DNA from: Albugo candida
Lineage: Eukaryota
Reading direction: 5' to 3'
NCBI GenBank assembly: GCA_040437565.1
Contig: JBDOQK010000014.1
Span: forward strand, 496,001-560,000
Length of the DNA: 64,000 bases
This document shows, in pieces, positions 13,471 through 27,555 of this stretch. Every line of letters begins with the position of its first letter. Positions within the stretch are counted from its first letter, which is position 1. The translations under genes and the position numbers were made by a program. Under the pieces are notes generated by a model. It was given only the letters and a program-made list of their open reading frames with translations, searched no databases and was not told the DNA's origin.

Positions 13471-13961
13471 AAATAGCGGCGTTTCAAGGCCGTATCTGCG
13501 TCAAGCTTGTCTATCCAACCGGTTATATGCCCAAGTAGCTTCGACGATGGTGACACCGTCGTTCGAGGTCAAGCTTCATCACAAAATGCTGCGAGAGTCG
13601 CTGGTGAACTGTTGAGGTAAAAGAATATAAGGAAAAGATTGCGTCGTTGCTACGGGCAACGGAGATGAATATTCGGCGGATGTGGGAGCCACGGAGAGAA
13701 GCACCGAAGCTAGTGAGAGGTTACGACTCATGTGCGAGTTGATAGGAGGATTAGATCGTTTGGAATAATCACAGAGCAAGATTCAAGGACAGTTTTCTGA
13801 AGGGTCCCGGGTAAACAAATTGTGGAAGATGAAAAGACGTTACCGGTTAAAGTTTTATTAGCGTCGGGACTGGGACGTGGGCCGAGAATGCATATCAATG
13901 CGCTGAGTGGGTCATCTCAAGTGAACAAGGCGGAACGGCCAGAGGAGGGTCCGGGAAATAT

Positions 13962-14425
13962 TGGGCATCGGTAACCTGGTCATGAATTACCACGGTCGCA
14001 ACATTATAAAACACCGGCCATAAAGTTTGCTTACAATACGCTTCAAAAAGCGTCTCAACTGAATCCTGACTCGTACTATCGTTCATGCATACAGGAGAGA
14101 AATGATATGAATCACGCAAGAGGTTCTCTAATTCGCTTTGCTCATCTTTCGCCCACATCATATCATTTAAAGAAGCTGGAAGTCGGCCAATATAATACGA
14201 CCGATACGTTGATGAGCTTTCCGCAGTAGTATCCATAATGTGTTCATTTGTCCATTCCACCTGCCATTGCTTCATTGCCACATTTACTGCGTCAAACAAC
14301 ATATAAACAATCTCTTTACGGCAATTGAGCATTCAACACTCTTCACCTGTCGTTTTTGCATGCTCCGTAGTCGTCTCAATGCGTTTTAAATAAATAGGAA
14401 GGCGATACGAGATGATAAAACAAAA
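13962..14425 (-). pseudogene. TPS: N-terminal fragment of a trehalose-6-phosphate synthase/phosphatase (GT20)
   Basis: FIISYRLPIYLKR...WQVEW...YCKQTLWPVFYN match TPS N-terminal motifs (NRLP, W.F.W, GFCKQ.LWPLFHY). A probable GT-AG intron is retained; truncated. Confidence 0.75.
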
Positions 14426-14467
14426 AAACAAAAAAAAAAACTCGTGTCGTCTCCATCAATTCTGTGA

Positions 14468-14725
14468 AAAGCTCATCAACGTATCAGTCGTATTATATTG
14501 GCCGACTTCCAGCTTCTTTAATGATATGATGTTGGCGATAGATGAGCAAAGCGAATTAGAGAACCTCTTGCGTGATTCGTATCATTTCTTTCCTGTATGC
14601 ATGAGCGATGATACGAGTCAGGATTCAGTTGAGACGCTTTTTGAAGCGTATTGCAAGCAAACTTTATGGCCGGTGTTTTATAATGTTGCGACCGTGGTAA
14701 TTCATGGCCAGGTTACCGGTGCCCA
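14468..14725 (+). pseudogene. Inverted duplicate of the TPS fragment
   Basis: Near-identical reverse complement of 13962-14220, with small indels and a few substitutions. Confidence 0.85.
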
Positions 14726-14729
14726 GTGT

Positions 14730-17700
14730 ATCATCAACAAATGGTAGATGCTAGACCACCGGAACACCATATGTAGAAGGTTGTGCGGTACCCTGGCGCT
14801 AGGCAGAAAAAGCTTGCAATTCGTATTTTTGATGGAGCGAAATTGTATAAAGGACTTGGCTCTGGATATTTGGAGCGGAGGCATCGTTTGGAAAAGCAAG
14901 TAGATTTGGCTNNNNNNNNNNNNNNNNNNNNNNNNNNNNNNNNNNNNNNNNNNNNNNNNNNNNNNNNNNNNNNNNNNNNNNNNNNNNNNNNNNNNNNNNN
15001 NNNNNNNNNNNAAGCGTATTGCAAGCAAACTTTATGGCCGGTGTTTTATAATGTTGCGACCGTGGTAATTCATGGCCAGGTTACCGGTGCCCAGTGTATC
15101 ATCAACAAATGGTAGATGCTAGACCACCGGAACACCATATGTAGAAGGTTGTGCGGTACCCTGGCGCTAGGCAGAAAAAGCTTGCAATTCGTATTTTTGA
15201 TGGAGCGAAATTGTATAAAGGACTTGGCTCTGGATATTTGGAGCGGAGGCATCGTTTGGAAAAGCAAGTAGATTTGGCTCAGTCAGCGTGTGGTTTTTTG
15301 TGGCCGGAAGACGTCAAAGTGGATCTTCGTGGGCATTATCTCCAAGGCATGACCGAGCAAAATTATCACTACCAACTGAAAATGTGGTGGAATCAAACGC
15401 CTACCCTTCACTACGCGATGGAAAAAATTCTCGAGCTTTTAAACCCCATATCACTCCGGCATAGTCGATGAGATTGCTTACTAAGCCAAAGGACCCGAAG
15501 AAAACATGGACTGAATATTTCCTCTAACAACTGTGGCGGGAGTGTCGGAAGGCGCTGTGGAATATCTAGCCTTCAACAACATAGTACAATACGCGTCAGA
15601 AGACATGATGCTAATACTGATGGCGAAGGTGGATGGCCGTAGGAAGGATTTTTTGCAACAAGTTGAAGAGCTGCCCCATTTTGCCCAAGCTTGGGAGTCG
15701 TAACGAGGAAACAATTACCGAGAGGTGTTGCAAACGTCGTCCGAGAGCCGCGATTTTGGGAGACTCGAAGGTGTCCCGAATGTTTTGTGTGTGGCCATCC
15801 AAGACGAATGTGCCCTAATAGCAGCAACGAAGCTCTAACAGGTGACACAAACTTTACCGTAGCGATATCAGCACAGAGAGATGCTTCTATCTGCTGGATA
15901 TTAGGCAGTAGATCAAGCCGTCATTTATGCAACGATGAATTGTAGCTAGATGATGTCAAAGACGCCAAGGGCTTGTGCATTCATCCTAACGGAGAAGAGC
16001 TGATGATCATCAAAGTGGGAAACGTGACACTGCGAGTATCTGCGGACGGCAAAGTACACACTGTGAAGCTTACCGAAGTCTGTTTCGCGCTCGGACTTGC
16101 TCACAATTTTATTTCGTATAATAAATTGGATTCCAAAAGGTATGTGCTCGATCATCGCGTTCCCAGCGCGTAATCGAAACGCGTGATGGAAACTTGTCAT
16201 TTTAACGTAGGGTTATCACAAAATGTGCTTATGGTTAATGCTTAAGTGATACCCACATGCAGCAAGCTTGTGATTTGAACTTGGCGGCACTTGTGGAAAA
16301 CGCTGAGCTAAAGGATGACATTCTCGACGTACTTCAACGGGTTTGTCATCATCGCTTAGGCCACCTTCAATATGGTGCCATAGAGAGACTGCCTCGTAAT
16401 TCGGCTTCAGGCATCATTCCCACAGATCGTACACGTGACAATTGTTCAACATGTGCACAAGGCAAACAAAGCAATAATCGACAACTTACTCAAAGTACTG
16501 GGACAAACTATCCTATTGACCGAATTGTTGGGGTTATTTGCTGGGATGCCAAGGGTCCCATGACGCCAAGAGACAGGATGGTAAATCGCTACATGATCAA
16601 CTTTATAGATCACATGAGTAACTAAGTAAAGATTTTTCTCGCTCGCGCCAAGGATCAAGCGGCCAAATTACTCCATACTTTTTTGGTGTTCTTCAAGAAG
16701 CGCTTCAATAATAGAATTCACGTTCCGCGTCCCGACTTGGGTGGTGAGCACGCTAATGCCGATTGTCAAAAGTCTGGCGTGGCTTGTCCTTGAAGTGAAG
16801 CAAGATACCAAGCTAGCAATAGGAAGGCGGAGCACTTGCACCGCACCATTATGAATATGGTACGGTGCATGATTTTTGTCAGCGATTTGCCGCTTTGTTT
16901 TCTGGGGGATGCGGCTCAATACGCTGCATGCGTGTTAAATCGGTCGCGAAAAATACTAATACCGGTGAGGTATCTCCGACCGAGATATTTACAGATGAGC
17001 CACCAACCCTTAGTGCGGTTGTCGTTTTTGGTTCTCCATTCTCGATTTACCGAGGTCCGAAGAAGAAATTTCACAAAGCGTGCACAATTGGCCTTATCGT
17101 TGGGATTGGCGATGACACTAAAGACTATCAAGTGTTATTACCCAAGAATCGCATCGTAATCACAATGCAACATATAATTGACATCGAGAAGCTCGATATA
17201 GAGTATAATGAGTTACTTTGGCGTCACAATCTCGGTCGGGATAAAGATGCGAAAGCAATTGCGTGTGACGAGGTCAATGAAAACCCGTCGGATACTCGCC
17301 GATGTTCAAACAACCCAGTTTGAACAAGGTAGCGTCCAGTGGCAAGATCTATGCACATTGATTCACATGTCACTCCAGAAGTATGTTAGGCGGTTGATGT
17401 TGATCATGGAGTGGTGACCAACTAGACAGATACGGATACGTCGAATTATTGCGAGACCATTCAGAGCGCAAAGAAGGCTAATTGGGAAGCGGCGATGCAA
17501 GACAATATTTTATTCGAGATCTAAAGAACAAACAAGTGTGGGGAACATAGCGGTGACACCATCAAATGTGATTTGTCTACATACAAAATGGTTGTAAATG
17601 ACGAAACGTGACGCAGACGGGAATTTGGAGCGATACAGAGCACGTTTAGTCGCGTGTAGAAATGAACAAGTTTTTGTTCGTGATTATAACGTCACTTTTG

Positions 17701-18990
17701 CAGCTATGATGGTGATGTCGAGCGTAAAACAAATTTCGGCTTTGACGAGAGTATGGAAATACCCGGCACAGCATGCCGGCATACCAAAATCGTATGTCAA
17801 AGCTGAGAAGGAACCCGAGCTCGACATTTCTTAAAAAGTTCGCAGGAAATGAATGTGGATCTCGCCACACTTCAGTCGTATCAAGTCGAAAGGAAGGGGC
17901 TATCACTTGAATTGAAGAAAGCGCTGTTTGGATTAAAACAAGCAGGAAGACTTTGGTCTGAATGACTGTAGAAGGAGTTCATGTCGCTAGGAGTCACACA
18001 GTGTATAACGGATATGTGTGTGTACTGAAAGAGAGATACACGGCTTATTGTTCTGAAAGTTTAGGTGGATGACTTTTTTGTAACGGCTACTACATCATCG
18101 CTTATCGACATGTTTTTGCTGATTTGGAAATTTTTCGATGAAAGACTTGGTTTTTGCGCATAAATTCCTTGGAATGTGAATTAATATTACGATGATAAAG
18201 ATGGTTACGATATTGACCAAGAAGTGGCAATTATGGATATTCTCAAGGGCCTGGGTCTGGAAAATGCTCATGGAACGCGAACTCTCATATATGATACTAC
18301 TAACGACCTTGACTAAAATGATGTCATGCTCCCTGTTTGTGCCACACCGGATGGGAGTTCCCTGCGAAGATTCCATCACTGGTGGGCAGTTTGCTATGGA
18401 TATCGCGATGTACTCGTCCTAATATTTTGTTTGCGTTACATCGTGCGTCCTGACGTACGCATTGACCGACGGAAGGATATTAGAAACTGGTCAAGAAAAT
18501 AATCAAATACCTCCAAGGGTCGAAACGAGCTCGTCGGTGAATGTAAGGACATATTGCACCACTCAACCTGGCGGGATGTAGCGATGCAGACTTTGCTGCA
18601 GATAAGAACGACCGTAAATCCGCCACTGAGGATATATTGAGATTGGGAGCATGCCAGTCGTATGGTTTACCCGCAGAAAAGGTAGCGTGTCTATCTCGAC
18701 TATGGAAGCAGAATTTACTGCTGCCTCGATCGTTGTTGCCGAGATGATGACATTAGATGCCCATGTCACTAAAGGTCGATGATCAAGCAGATCTGAAGTA
18801 ACTTGCCGGAGAATCTTCATCAAAAGCAGAACACATTGACGTGATGATTGAGTTTTGTGGGCTCGTACGCCAAACGTGCGATTCTCAGGACCGAATATTG
18901 CGAAGGCTCCCGCATGCCCGCTAACATGATGACAAAGGAGCTTCATGCGCCGAGGTTGGAGAAGTTAAAGACTCCTGTCGGTCTGCATCA
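14730..18990 (+). mobile_element. Degenerate Ty1/copia retrotransposon, no LTRs seen
   Basis: gag (FDGAKLYKGLGSG, GHYLQG, WWNQTPTL), degenerate knuckle CFVCGH, protease WILGSRSSRHLCND, pre-integrase HHRLGHL, integrase, RT RYRARLVACRNEQ and RNase H relic; many lesions. Confidence 0.92.
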
Positions 18991-19039
18991 AAATGGGTAA
19001 GATTTGTCAGGACCGGAATGTGCACTTGAGAAACGAAAA

Positions 19040-19420
19040 AAGGCACGATGGGGTGCTGGAAATCGACTGACGTTAAAGTTTGTGCTAGTGGAGGCTGGAG
19101 GAGATTTACTTTGTGAATTCGATAAGTGCCATATTTTCTACCCATCGAGGAGCGTAATGATGGAAGTCCTTGGATTTAAAACGACTGGCGAACACTTTAT
19201 CGTCCCTTTCATCAGTTTTTTGTTGTTGTTTTGGGCTTTTCGTTTGATTACCGCTGTAAATTCATCGCGCTAGGGCTTCACAATGCGCTATACTTGCCTT
19301 TGACTGATGCCGAAGTGAGCTACAACCAAGAAGTTTTCTGACCAGCCAGCTTCATTTCAACCAGACGCCCTCTACCCTCAATGGATGAGATTTTAAATTT
19401 CAAATTTTGGGTGGCCATGT
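19040..19420 (-). mobile_element. 5' fragment of a Tc1-like element related to 12680-13470
   Basis: ~19060-19200 aligns with ~13290-13435; HTH-like relic upstream (LVEMKLAG...AHFGISQRQV.RIVK). Confidence 0.65.
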
Positions 19421-19510
19421 TTTATTTTGGGGTGAGTGGGATAAGTGTATGGAAAGGGAGCGCGTCGTCAAATAAGAAGTCAAATATGAAAAAAAAAATT
19501 ATCTAAAAAG

Positions 19511-19930
19511 GGACTCGGTATAGCCACACACCCTAAGTTGAATGAGAACACCGGTATCACCACACCCTCTAAATCTTTAAATTATTGGTAACCGGGATTA
19601 CCACACACCCTAAATTAGAAATTAAACTCTCGATATGCAATCAACAATCCGATTGTACAGTCGCACTTTATTGCAACGCGGAGTATCGTTAGTACGAAAA
19701 CAGAAAGTAGGATAGATGGCAACGAGATATTCGATATGAGCTTTTAATACTTAATAGGATTTAATTCTTAAAAAAACGCGTGATAGGGTGTGTGGCGAGA
19801 CCGTTTCCTATTTAATTCTAATGGAGGGGATTTAAGGGGACTGATGATACCGGTTCGCATTAATTTAGGATATTTAGGGGATGTGATGATACTGGTGTTT
19901 TTATTGGAGTTAGGGTGTGTGGCTATACCA
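19511..19930. mobile_element. MITE/foldback-like non-autonomous element with motif-array TIRs
   Basis: GGTATAGCCACACACCCTAA at ~19518-19537 is inverted at ~19910-19929; repeated GGTATC.CCACACCC.TAA motifs face inward from both ends. Confidence 0.75.
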
Positions 19931-20119
19931 AAAGGAGGGTATGGCTATATCGGATTCCTAAAAAGATATACCAATTTGATAATAAAATCAGGAAAATATA
20001 CCAGGTCTGTACACCATACGTACGGAAATACACATGCCTAATATATTATAACGAGGAAAAACTTTCTGATCAATAATGCACCATATAGAAAGGATAATGA
20101 AGCATACAATTACGCGTCC

Positions 20120-22450
20120 CTGATCGCACAGGTTCAGCGATTATGGCCAAAATGGTTACACATTCCACATTTCATTCCTTGTTGCTATGGAATCCGCTTA
20201 TTCTTTAGAGGCCCTCTTTTTCACTGAATAGATGGAGCGTTGCACACCTCTTGTGAGTACAATTTCCAGCACGATTGGCATTATGTCATCGTCGGGTCTC
20301 TCAGAATAGGTGGCCGCAAACGTCGATGATTTCCAGGAGTCGTGAAAATACATGCCCATGTTGAGCAATTNNNNNNNNNNNNNNNNNNNNNNNNNNNNNN
20401 NNNNNNNNNNNNNNNNNNNNNNNNNNNNNNNNNNNNNNNNNNNNNNNNNNNNNNNNNNNNNNNNNNNNNNATCGCACAGGTTCAGCGATTATGGCCAAAA
20501 TGGTTACACATTCCACATTTCATTCCTTGTTGCTATGGAATCCGCTTATTCTTTAGAGGCCCTCTTTTTCACTGAATAGATGGAGCGTTGCACACCTCTT
20601 GTGAGTACAATTTCCAGCACGATTGGCATTATGTCATCGTCGGGTCTCTCAGAATAGGTGGCCGCAAACGTCGATGATTTCCAGGAGTCGTGAAAATACA
20701 TGCCCATGTTGAGCAATTCTTAGGAATGCTTCAATGCCAGTAATACATGAATGCAAGGTGAGCCAACACCTTCGAAGTACCCACACGAGCATCGCACGGT
20801 TTTTTCACGGAATTTGACTGCAAACTTCACCGTAATACACCCGACCCTGAGCGGATTGCGACGATGTAGCAAGAGCTCGAGCATTCATCAATTTCACCCC
20901 ACCTCGCAGCGGCCATTATTTTTCTACCTTTCGTGATGTATATGGATTTAGTACTCCCCAGCCTTTCATTTTGCTACTATTCTCATCCCACTTGCACGCC
21001 ACGTAACGCTCTATCCCCATTAGGCAATCGATGATAGGAAGACTCCTAATTCCCTTCAACACGCTGTTAAACGCCTCCAAGTTTTTGATGTCAAAGTGTT
21101 GTACTGTGGCGATGGTGAGTAAGCTATTGACCAATTTTCACCCACCAACCTCTTAAAAGCCACACCAACGCACTGCTGTCCAAATCGGCGATATTCGCTT
21201 TCGACTCATCGTACTCTACCGCTGTTCGTGTACGAGCCAATATCCACGGCAGATACTTCAACAGCTTGGACCTGTATTTCTTGCTAAACTTTGCCATCAA
21301 ATGCCGGGAGCAGAAAGATGTGGGACGTCTAGTGCCGATTTATGCATAGATTTCATAAGTCCCTTATCTATATCCGATATCATGAATGCTGTAGATGGAT
21401 GCAGGTGAGAGAGTAGGAAGTCAAAACCAGCTCCAATTATCTTCATTCTCTACCGACACGAGCCCAACTTCGATAATTTGGATCTCGTTGTTTCCATTTC
21501 GAAAGCACACAACAAGAACAATTCCACCGATTGATGTATTCATAAATGTGTCGTCACGAATATCTCGCGCTCAGTGTTTCCTTACATGCTTGAAGCCCTT
21601 CCCAGAAAATGATACTCAACCGCATGAATTCATCATCTACGATTTCAAGCTTAATTTCGTGGCCTCGTATGCTTATTGCAGCCATGTAGGATAGAATGAG
21701 GCAGTATTGCTTAATATCACTTCCGTATAGCTCAAGCTTCAACTTTTTGAGTGCGGGAGCACAGTTCATATATGTGGCGTAAATCCCTTCCTTCTTCAAC
21801 TTGGTTTGTATCATTACGGGGGTCACTTCCTAATGGTAGATTATGACCATATCTCTGACTGCAGGGTTTACAGCAATTTATTCGAAGTTGCATGTCTACG
21901 AGGCGCTTCTGACGATTTGAATACTTGACAGGAGTGCAAAACAAACTTTGTTGGAGGGCTGAATGTCTGCTAAAAGGAAAATTGCACAACGAAGAAACAG
22001 CCATTCTGTGTGCACCTAGCTTTATAACGCCATTTGCCACTTGACACTACACAAAAACGGACGGTAACATTTCCGTTTGTACTCAATTACTACCTGAATG
22101 ATATGCCTTTTATCGGCATAAATCCTCTTCTCGAAGAAGCTACTGCTAGTTTGCTGTTACTCGTCGTCGCTTTACATCGCTAGTATTGAAATGTACATTG
22201 TGCATGCTAGTACGTATAGAAAATATCCTTGCTATATTTTTTGGGTGCTGATATTTTCACAGCTGAAATTGATATCTTCACAACTATCTAAACTACATCA
22301 TGCCTACTTAGATTGTTACTCCCTACTTTTACCAAAGCTTGTCCTGGATCTGAGCTGGCCAAAAGTTGCATACCTCACAGAAGGAGCGGTACTGCCAAAT
22401 TCCATCTACCTTGGGTAATTTCGCATCAGTTTGCAGTTAAGCATCTTGCC
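20120..22450 (-). mobile_element. MULE/Mutator transposase relic with SWIM finger
   Basis: GGIVLVVCFRNGNNEI...VENEDNWSWF and MISDIDKGL (MULE domain); CSCGYFEGVGSPCIH (SWIM, ~20745-20795); disrupted. Confidence 0.85.
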
Positions 22451-22739
22451 AATGATTACTTGTTGCATGCAGAGGTGTTATCTTTTCCATTTGCTACTAT
22501 AGAAAGTCACTGTAAAATGTGTCGAATGCAAAATGCCATATGTATTAGCAGGACACAGTTGAGAGATACTGTGCATTAGTCAATCACAAATAATATCTCG
22601 ATTGAAGTTGTGGGAGCAATAATCTAGGTGTGTTTGGATATAATTAGCTAGAAATGTAAGATTATTTATTTATTTTCAGAAAAAAAAAAGTTGTGGGAGT
22701 ACTACTTTAACTAGGATGATGCAATCTAAAAAAAGTAGG

Positions 22740-23465
22740 TTAGTCACAACCCCTTCCGGTGTCGTCACGCCCACGATATTAAAACAAGGCAACGGGTATC
22801 GTCACACCCCCTAATTTGCAAACTCCTACGCACCTACATACATTGCTATAACTACGCTAACGTGAATACTCTGTCATCACTATACCACTTGCCACTCCCC
22901 TAACACCCCACTGAGACATATGAGTAAGCAGAAGAGGCAGTACAAACTATTGGAAGAGCAACAGTTGCTGTGAAAGTGTTGTTGTCGACCGACCACTTCG
23001 GAGTAACGGCAGTTTCTAACCTTGGATGGCGTGGAAAAACCAGGCGAAGATGATTTGTTGCAAAGAGACAAAATCGTCGTAGCGGTTAGGTAACAACAAA
23101 TACCACTTCTACATCTGCACTGGCATCATTCCTTTGAACACAAAGGTGGTGTGATGTTACCCAGCTCTCTAATTTAGGGGATGAGGGAGGTGACACCGAT
23201 TCTCTAATCTAATTTAGGGGATGACGGGGGGGCGATACCGATTCTCTAATCTAATTTAGGGGATGAGGGGGGGGGCGACACCGATTCTCTAATTTAATAA
23301 AGGGAGTGTGGTGATACCAGTTCCCTAGTTTTGATTGAGATGTGTGGTGATACCGGTCCCCCATGTAATTTAGGGGATTTGGCGATACCGTTTTCCCCAT
23401 TTAACTTAGGGGGGTGCCGATACCGGTTCCATCTCAAGTTGGGGGGTTGGCTAGACTGGTTCCCA
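22740..23465. mobile_element. Non-autonomous TIR element of the same motif family as 19511-19930
   Basis: GGTATCGTCACACCCCCTAATTT on the left and an inverted motif array on the right, including three tandem 40-43 bp units at 23171-23295. A partial homologue lies at ~23935-24250. Confidence 0.65.
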
Positions 23466-24399
23466 TTTAAGTAAGCGCGTCACTTCTCAATTTGCCGGCT
23501 ACTACGTAACCCGCCAAGTTAGTACAAAACAACTCGAAAAACTACTTTTTTCAACTCCTTCCTCTCAAAAACAATGGTCCAAGTCGATATATCGACACAA
23601 CCAAGGGTGCTAGCGTTCACCTGTAGTGACGTGGCAACCCTCATGAGTCACCCTGTTTTGGGTGATTGCATGATTGTTGATGAGTCANNNNNNNNNNNNN
23701 NNNNNNNNNNNNNNNNNNNNNNNNNNNNNNNNNNNNNNNNNNNNNNNNNNNNNNNNNNNNNNNNNNNNNNNNNNNNNNNNNNNNNNNAGGTATTTCACGA
23801 AACGTTTTTTATATGTATATATGTTATTTAAGATAGCCTAGGCAGCTAGAGAAGTCAGTTAGTCTAATTCTAGTATTATAGTCACCTTCAACTGAGTTAG
23901 GGCGTGTGGCTAACACTAACTTGAATCAGTGGGAACCGGTATCGCCACACCTCCTAATTTTGAACCTCGCTATACACCTACCTACATTGCTATAACTACG
24001 CTAACGTGAATACTCTGTTCTCAGTATGCCACTTGCTCCATCCCCGGAACACACCTATGAGACCTACGAGAAAGTAGAAGAGGTAGCACAAATCTTTGCG
24101 TTGCAAGATTGCTAGTCCGACAAGTACGGAAATGCTAGGAAGGTGTGGCCTGCTTGCGTCCACGGTGGTCGGTAGAAAAACAAGGGCACGAGGATCCGCC
24201 TGACAACAACGCAGCTTCTGATGATCCAATGGTTAGTCACCATTCAGCGTCAACTGAATCAAAAATCTGTACAAGAATGGCGAGTGAGTGTGGCCGTTGC
24301 AACTCACAATCATGAGACAGCCGAGAATCTTGCAGCATTCCCAGAAGCCAGAGTATTGAAGCAGGTACAAAATGCAGTAGATGTCGGACTTCACTAAAG

Positions 24400-25760
24400 G
24401 TGGAGCACCTCCTCGGTTAATTTTGAGTACGATGACGCGGTCTGATCCTGCTTTTCTTGCCACCGGGCATCACATCTACAGCGTTAAAAAACGTGAATGA
24501 GCGGAATTTCTCCTTGTTCGTAGCTCTCTTGAAGCATTTTTGGACACTAGAGGGAAGTGCCATTAGGCATGAGCTTGATCGGGACCCCTCACCGGGTCAA
24601 TTACTGCGCCTAATCATTGCACCTAAGCCTTGCATCTTGACAGACAACGATTTTTCATCGGGGGGGCTCTTATAGCAGATTCGACACACAAAACCAGCAG
24701 GTGAGTAAAATGCTTTGCAATCAAGTTTTGCCCAACATAAACTAAGAGCCGACAAAATCTCCAGGTTTCAAATTCCATTGCTTCATGTCATGGGTATGGA
24801 ATGCACAAACCAGCCATATTCCCTTTGCTATGTTTTCTTGCGACACGAATCAGAAGATAATTACATTTGGGCACTTCGGCAAATTAGGGTAGTTTTACAA
24901 GATAGAATCACTGGGCCGATTGTCATTGTCACTGACAGAGAATTGGCATTGATGGCTGCAATCTCACGGGTTCAACCTGGAGCGAAGAATCTGCTTTGCA
25001 TATGGCATATTAATAAGAATGCGATGGCATATGCTATAAAGCACTTTCCAAAGGACGGAGACAAGAAAGATTTTTTTCACAAAGTGGAACGGATTGTACC
25101 CCTCTGCTACTGAACAGGAAATCGAAGAGAATTGGGTGCACCTCAAAAGATGCTATTAATCAGACTGGCTATGCGTATTAATAATCCACATGGATTCCGC
25201 TCAAGGAGAAATTCATCCTTACTTGAACCATAAAAATAAAGCATTTTGGGCATGTAGTTACATTTCGCGTTGAAGACGGACTTGCAATCTTGAAGAAATG
25301 GATTGCAGTTTCATTAGGCCATTTGGCAACAGTTTATAAAAGAATTGGTTCTCGAAGCTCAACAGTAGCGCCAAAGTCAAAAAGTTGCATACGATCGTTC
25401 ACACATTATCGTCCGCCTTATTGCGGAGCTTCTGGACAACTTTGAATAGAAAGATTTCACATTATGCATTGTAACACTACTGTAGGCATATGATAGTTGT
25501 GTACTGGACTGGAAAGGTATGTACTGACCATGTTTTTTTTGCAGGTCTTCAAGCAGTACCAAAAGGCACTATCGATGGGAACAATGAAAAGTGCACTAGG
25601 ACATTCACGAGCACTAAAGGATTTCATGCTCTCATGCCATCAAAGAGCTGCAAAAGATGGGGTCAATATTGCATGAAGCTCATTTGCATGAGCACTGGTG
25701 GCTTTACAAGCCTATACATCCCACACTGCATCCTGCAATGCCTCATCAGGGGAAAAACTT
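24400..25760 (+). mobile_element. MULE (FAR1-like) transposase relic with an intron
   Basis: DSTHKTSR|FQIPLLHVMG, LRHESEDNYIWAL, VIVTDRELALMAAI and LLCIWHINKN; GT-AG intron at 24701-24764; downstream stops. Confidence 0.88.
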
Positions 25761-26749
25761 TTCGGACATTATCAAAATGCTGCAAGAGCATTATTCGGTC
25801 TTGCCTTTATACAGGCGGCGCTTCTTCGAGAAGAATATCAGCTGGAGTTTAGAGGTGGTGTGCACTGTAGTATGTGGTACCCAAAGAAAACGGGCTCATG
25901 TAGTCTGTGCTAATCGTTCCCGGAATACCAGGTAGCCGATGTCGCGATAGTTTACGTTGTGAGCATGCTCCATGCGATATTTGCAATGTCACGCAAAGCT
26001 CATCTGACCTATTGAACGCTCCAAAATATTGATGTCTCTCATCAACCAGGTCAATATCATGACGATGTGGAGTGTTTTTGATGGGATTGAATTGACCATA
26101 GGTATCAGAATGACGTCGGAATCGCCAGCGATAAAGACAAAGTCCAAAAGCAACCATGCGTCCCATCTTATTACTATATGCTTCAGGCATGCTTGTTGCC
26201 GTCCGAAACATTGACACAAATACGAGATGATCGAAGTAGCGATGAGTCGAGGTAAATTCTTTTTGCCAATTTCCTACGAGCACGTTTAATTATTGGTTCT
26301 CAGTGAGCATGTCTTGTTGATCTCATGTTGAGCTCACAATCTAGTTCTCGTCATCAACGAATGAAAGTGTGAGTCAGGATGATTCTAGCTGTATATAAAA
26401 GCATCACCAATTTTCAACTGCAAAGTCATTGGCGTTCAAGTTATCAATAATTCAGCGAACTACTATCGAATCAAGTATAGCTCAATAGACTTGAGCATCC
26501 ATTGAGTTATTGACGATTCTTAAAGTTGTGCTTGAGAAAGAGAAAAAGGTGATGACGGTGTCTTGGGTGTAGATACTATGAAGTTGTACACATTCCGTGA
26601 ATTCAAGAGCCAACGAGAAAGATTGGTGTATTCTCTTGACAAATGTACTTATCTAAACTTCTCTATAAGCCGACACGCACGAATAAAAAAGCAAATACAT
26701 CCTCTAATGTAACGCAAAACAAAAAAGTACGACTCAATAATGCAAAAGG

Positions 26750-27555
26750 TCACTTTTTGGACGATGAAAATCCCTTAAATCCCATCATTTCTCTCATCTC
26801 TTGTTCCTCAATCGAGATTTCTTCTTTTCCTTCATCTTCCTGAGCCCCTTCTGCTTCATTTTTTTTGTGTCGTTTGTTTTTATTTTCCTCGACTTTTTCG
26901 ATATTGCTCTCATCGTTTTCATCTACCACTAAATCTCTTTTCCGATGAAGTAGAGGTTCCCATTTGCTTTGGATCGCATTCTGAAGCCTCAATTTGACTT
27001 TTTCAACAGACGATCTTTCTACTCGCATACTGAAGCCCAATCTCCTCAAATCTATCATAAAAGAGTTAGCAGGCCGCGCGTTTTCTCCATTTCAATTCCA
27101 CTTACGTTTCTTCCCATTCACATGATCCAAATACGCCACAGAGTCCTTCAACGTGCAATCACACACATCACAATGATACCCAGCGGCCGATGACTGCGGA
27201 GTTTCGCTTTCATCCGCTTTGGACAGGAGCATTTGTACTTTTCCAATATCATTTTCTAAAGCGAGTTTCGATTCTCGAGCTTTTAATAGCGCCGGTGTGT
27301 TTTGATCGATCAAAGAAGAGCTTTTTTTCTCTGCTTTTTGAAATTCGATGCGATCGGATCGAACACGTTTTGTATCGTTTTCTGTTTCAGCAGAAGTCGT
27401 ACCGTTTGCGCGTAACTCTGCCAATTTCGCATAATGTGCACGATCCCACGTACGACGTTGAACATTCGACACTCCTTTTGGAGGATTCTACGTAAAAATC
27501 AGAATATGTTAGAAGTGATATGAAAATTCATCAGAGCGCAAAAGTTTGGCACCAT
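26750..27555 (-). CDS. ZMAT2: U4/U6.U5 tri-snRNP zinc-finger matrin-type protein (Snu23)
   Basis: RRTWD, [41 protein letters not shown] and MMGFKGFSSSKK. Two GT-AG introns; the first exon is only the ATG. Confidence 0.93.

Noticed and set aside
23171-23460. CRISPR-like regularly spaced motifs
   Set aside because: Degenerate subterminal transposon motifs; no constant repeat/spacer structure and no cas genes.
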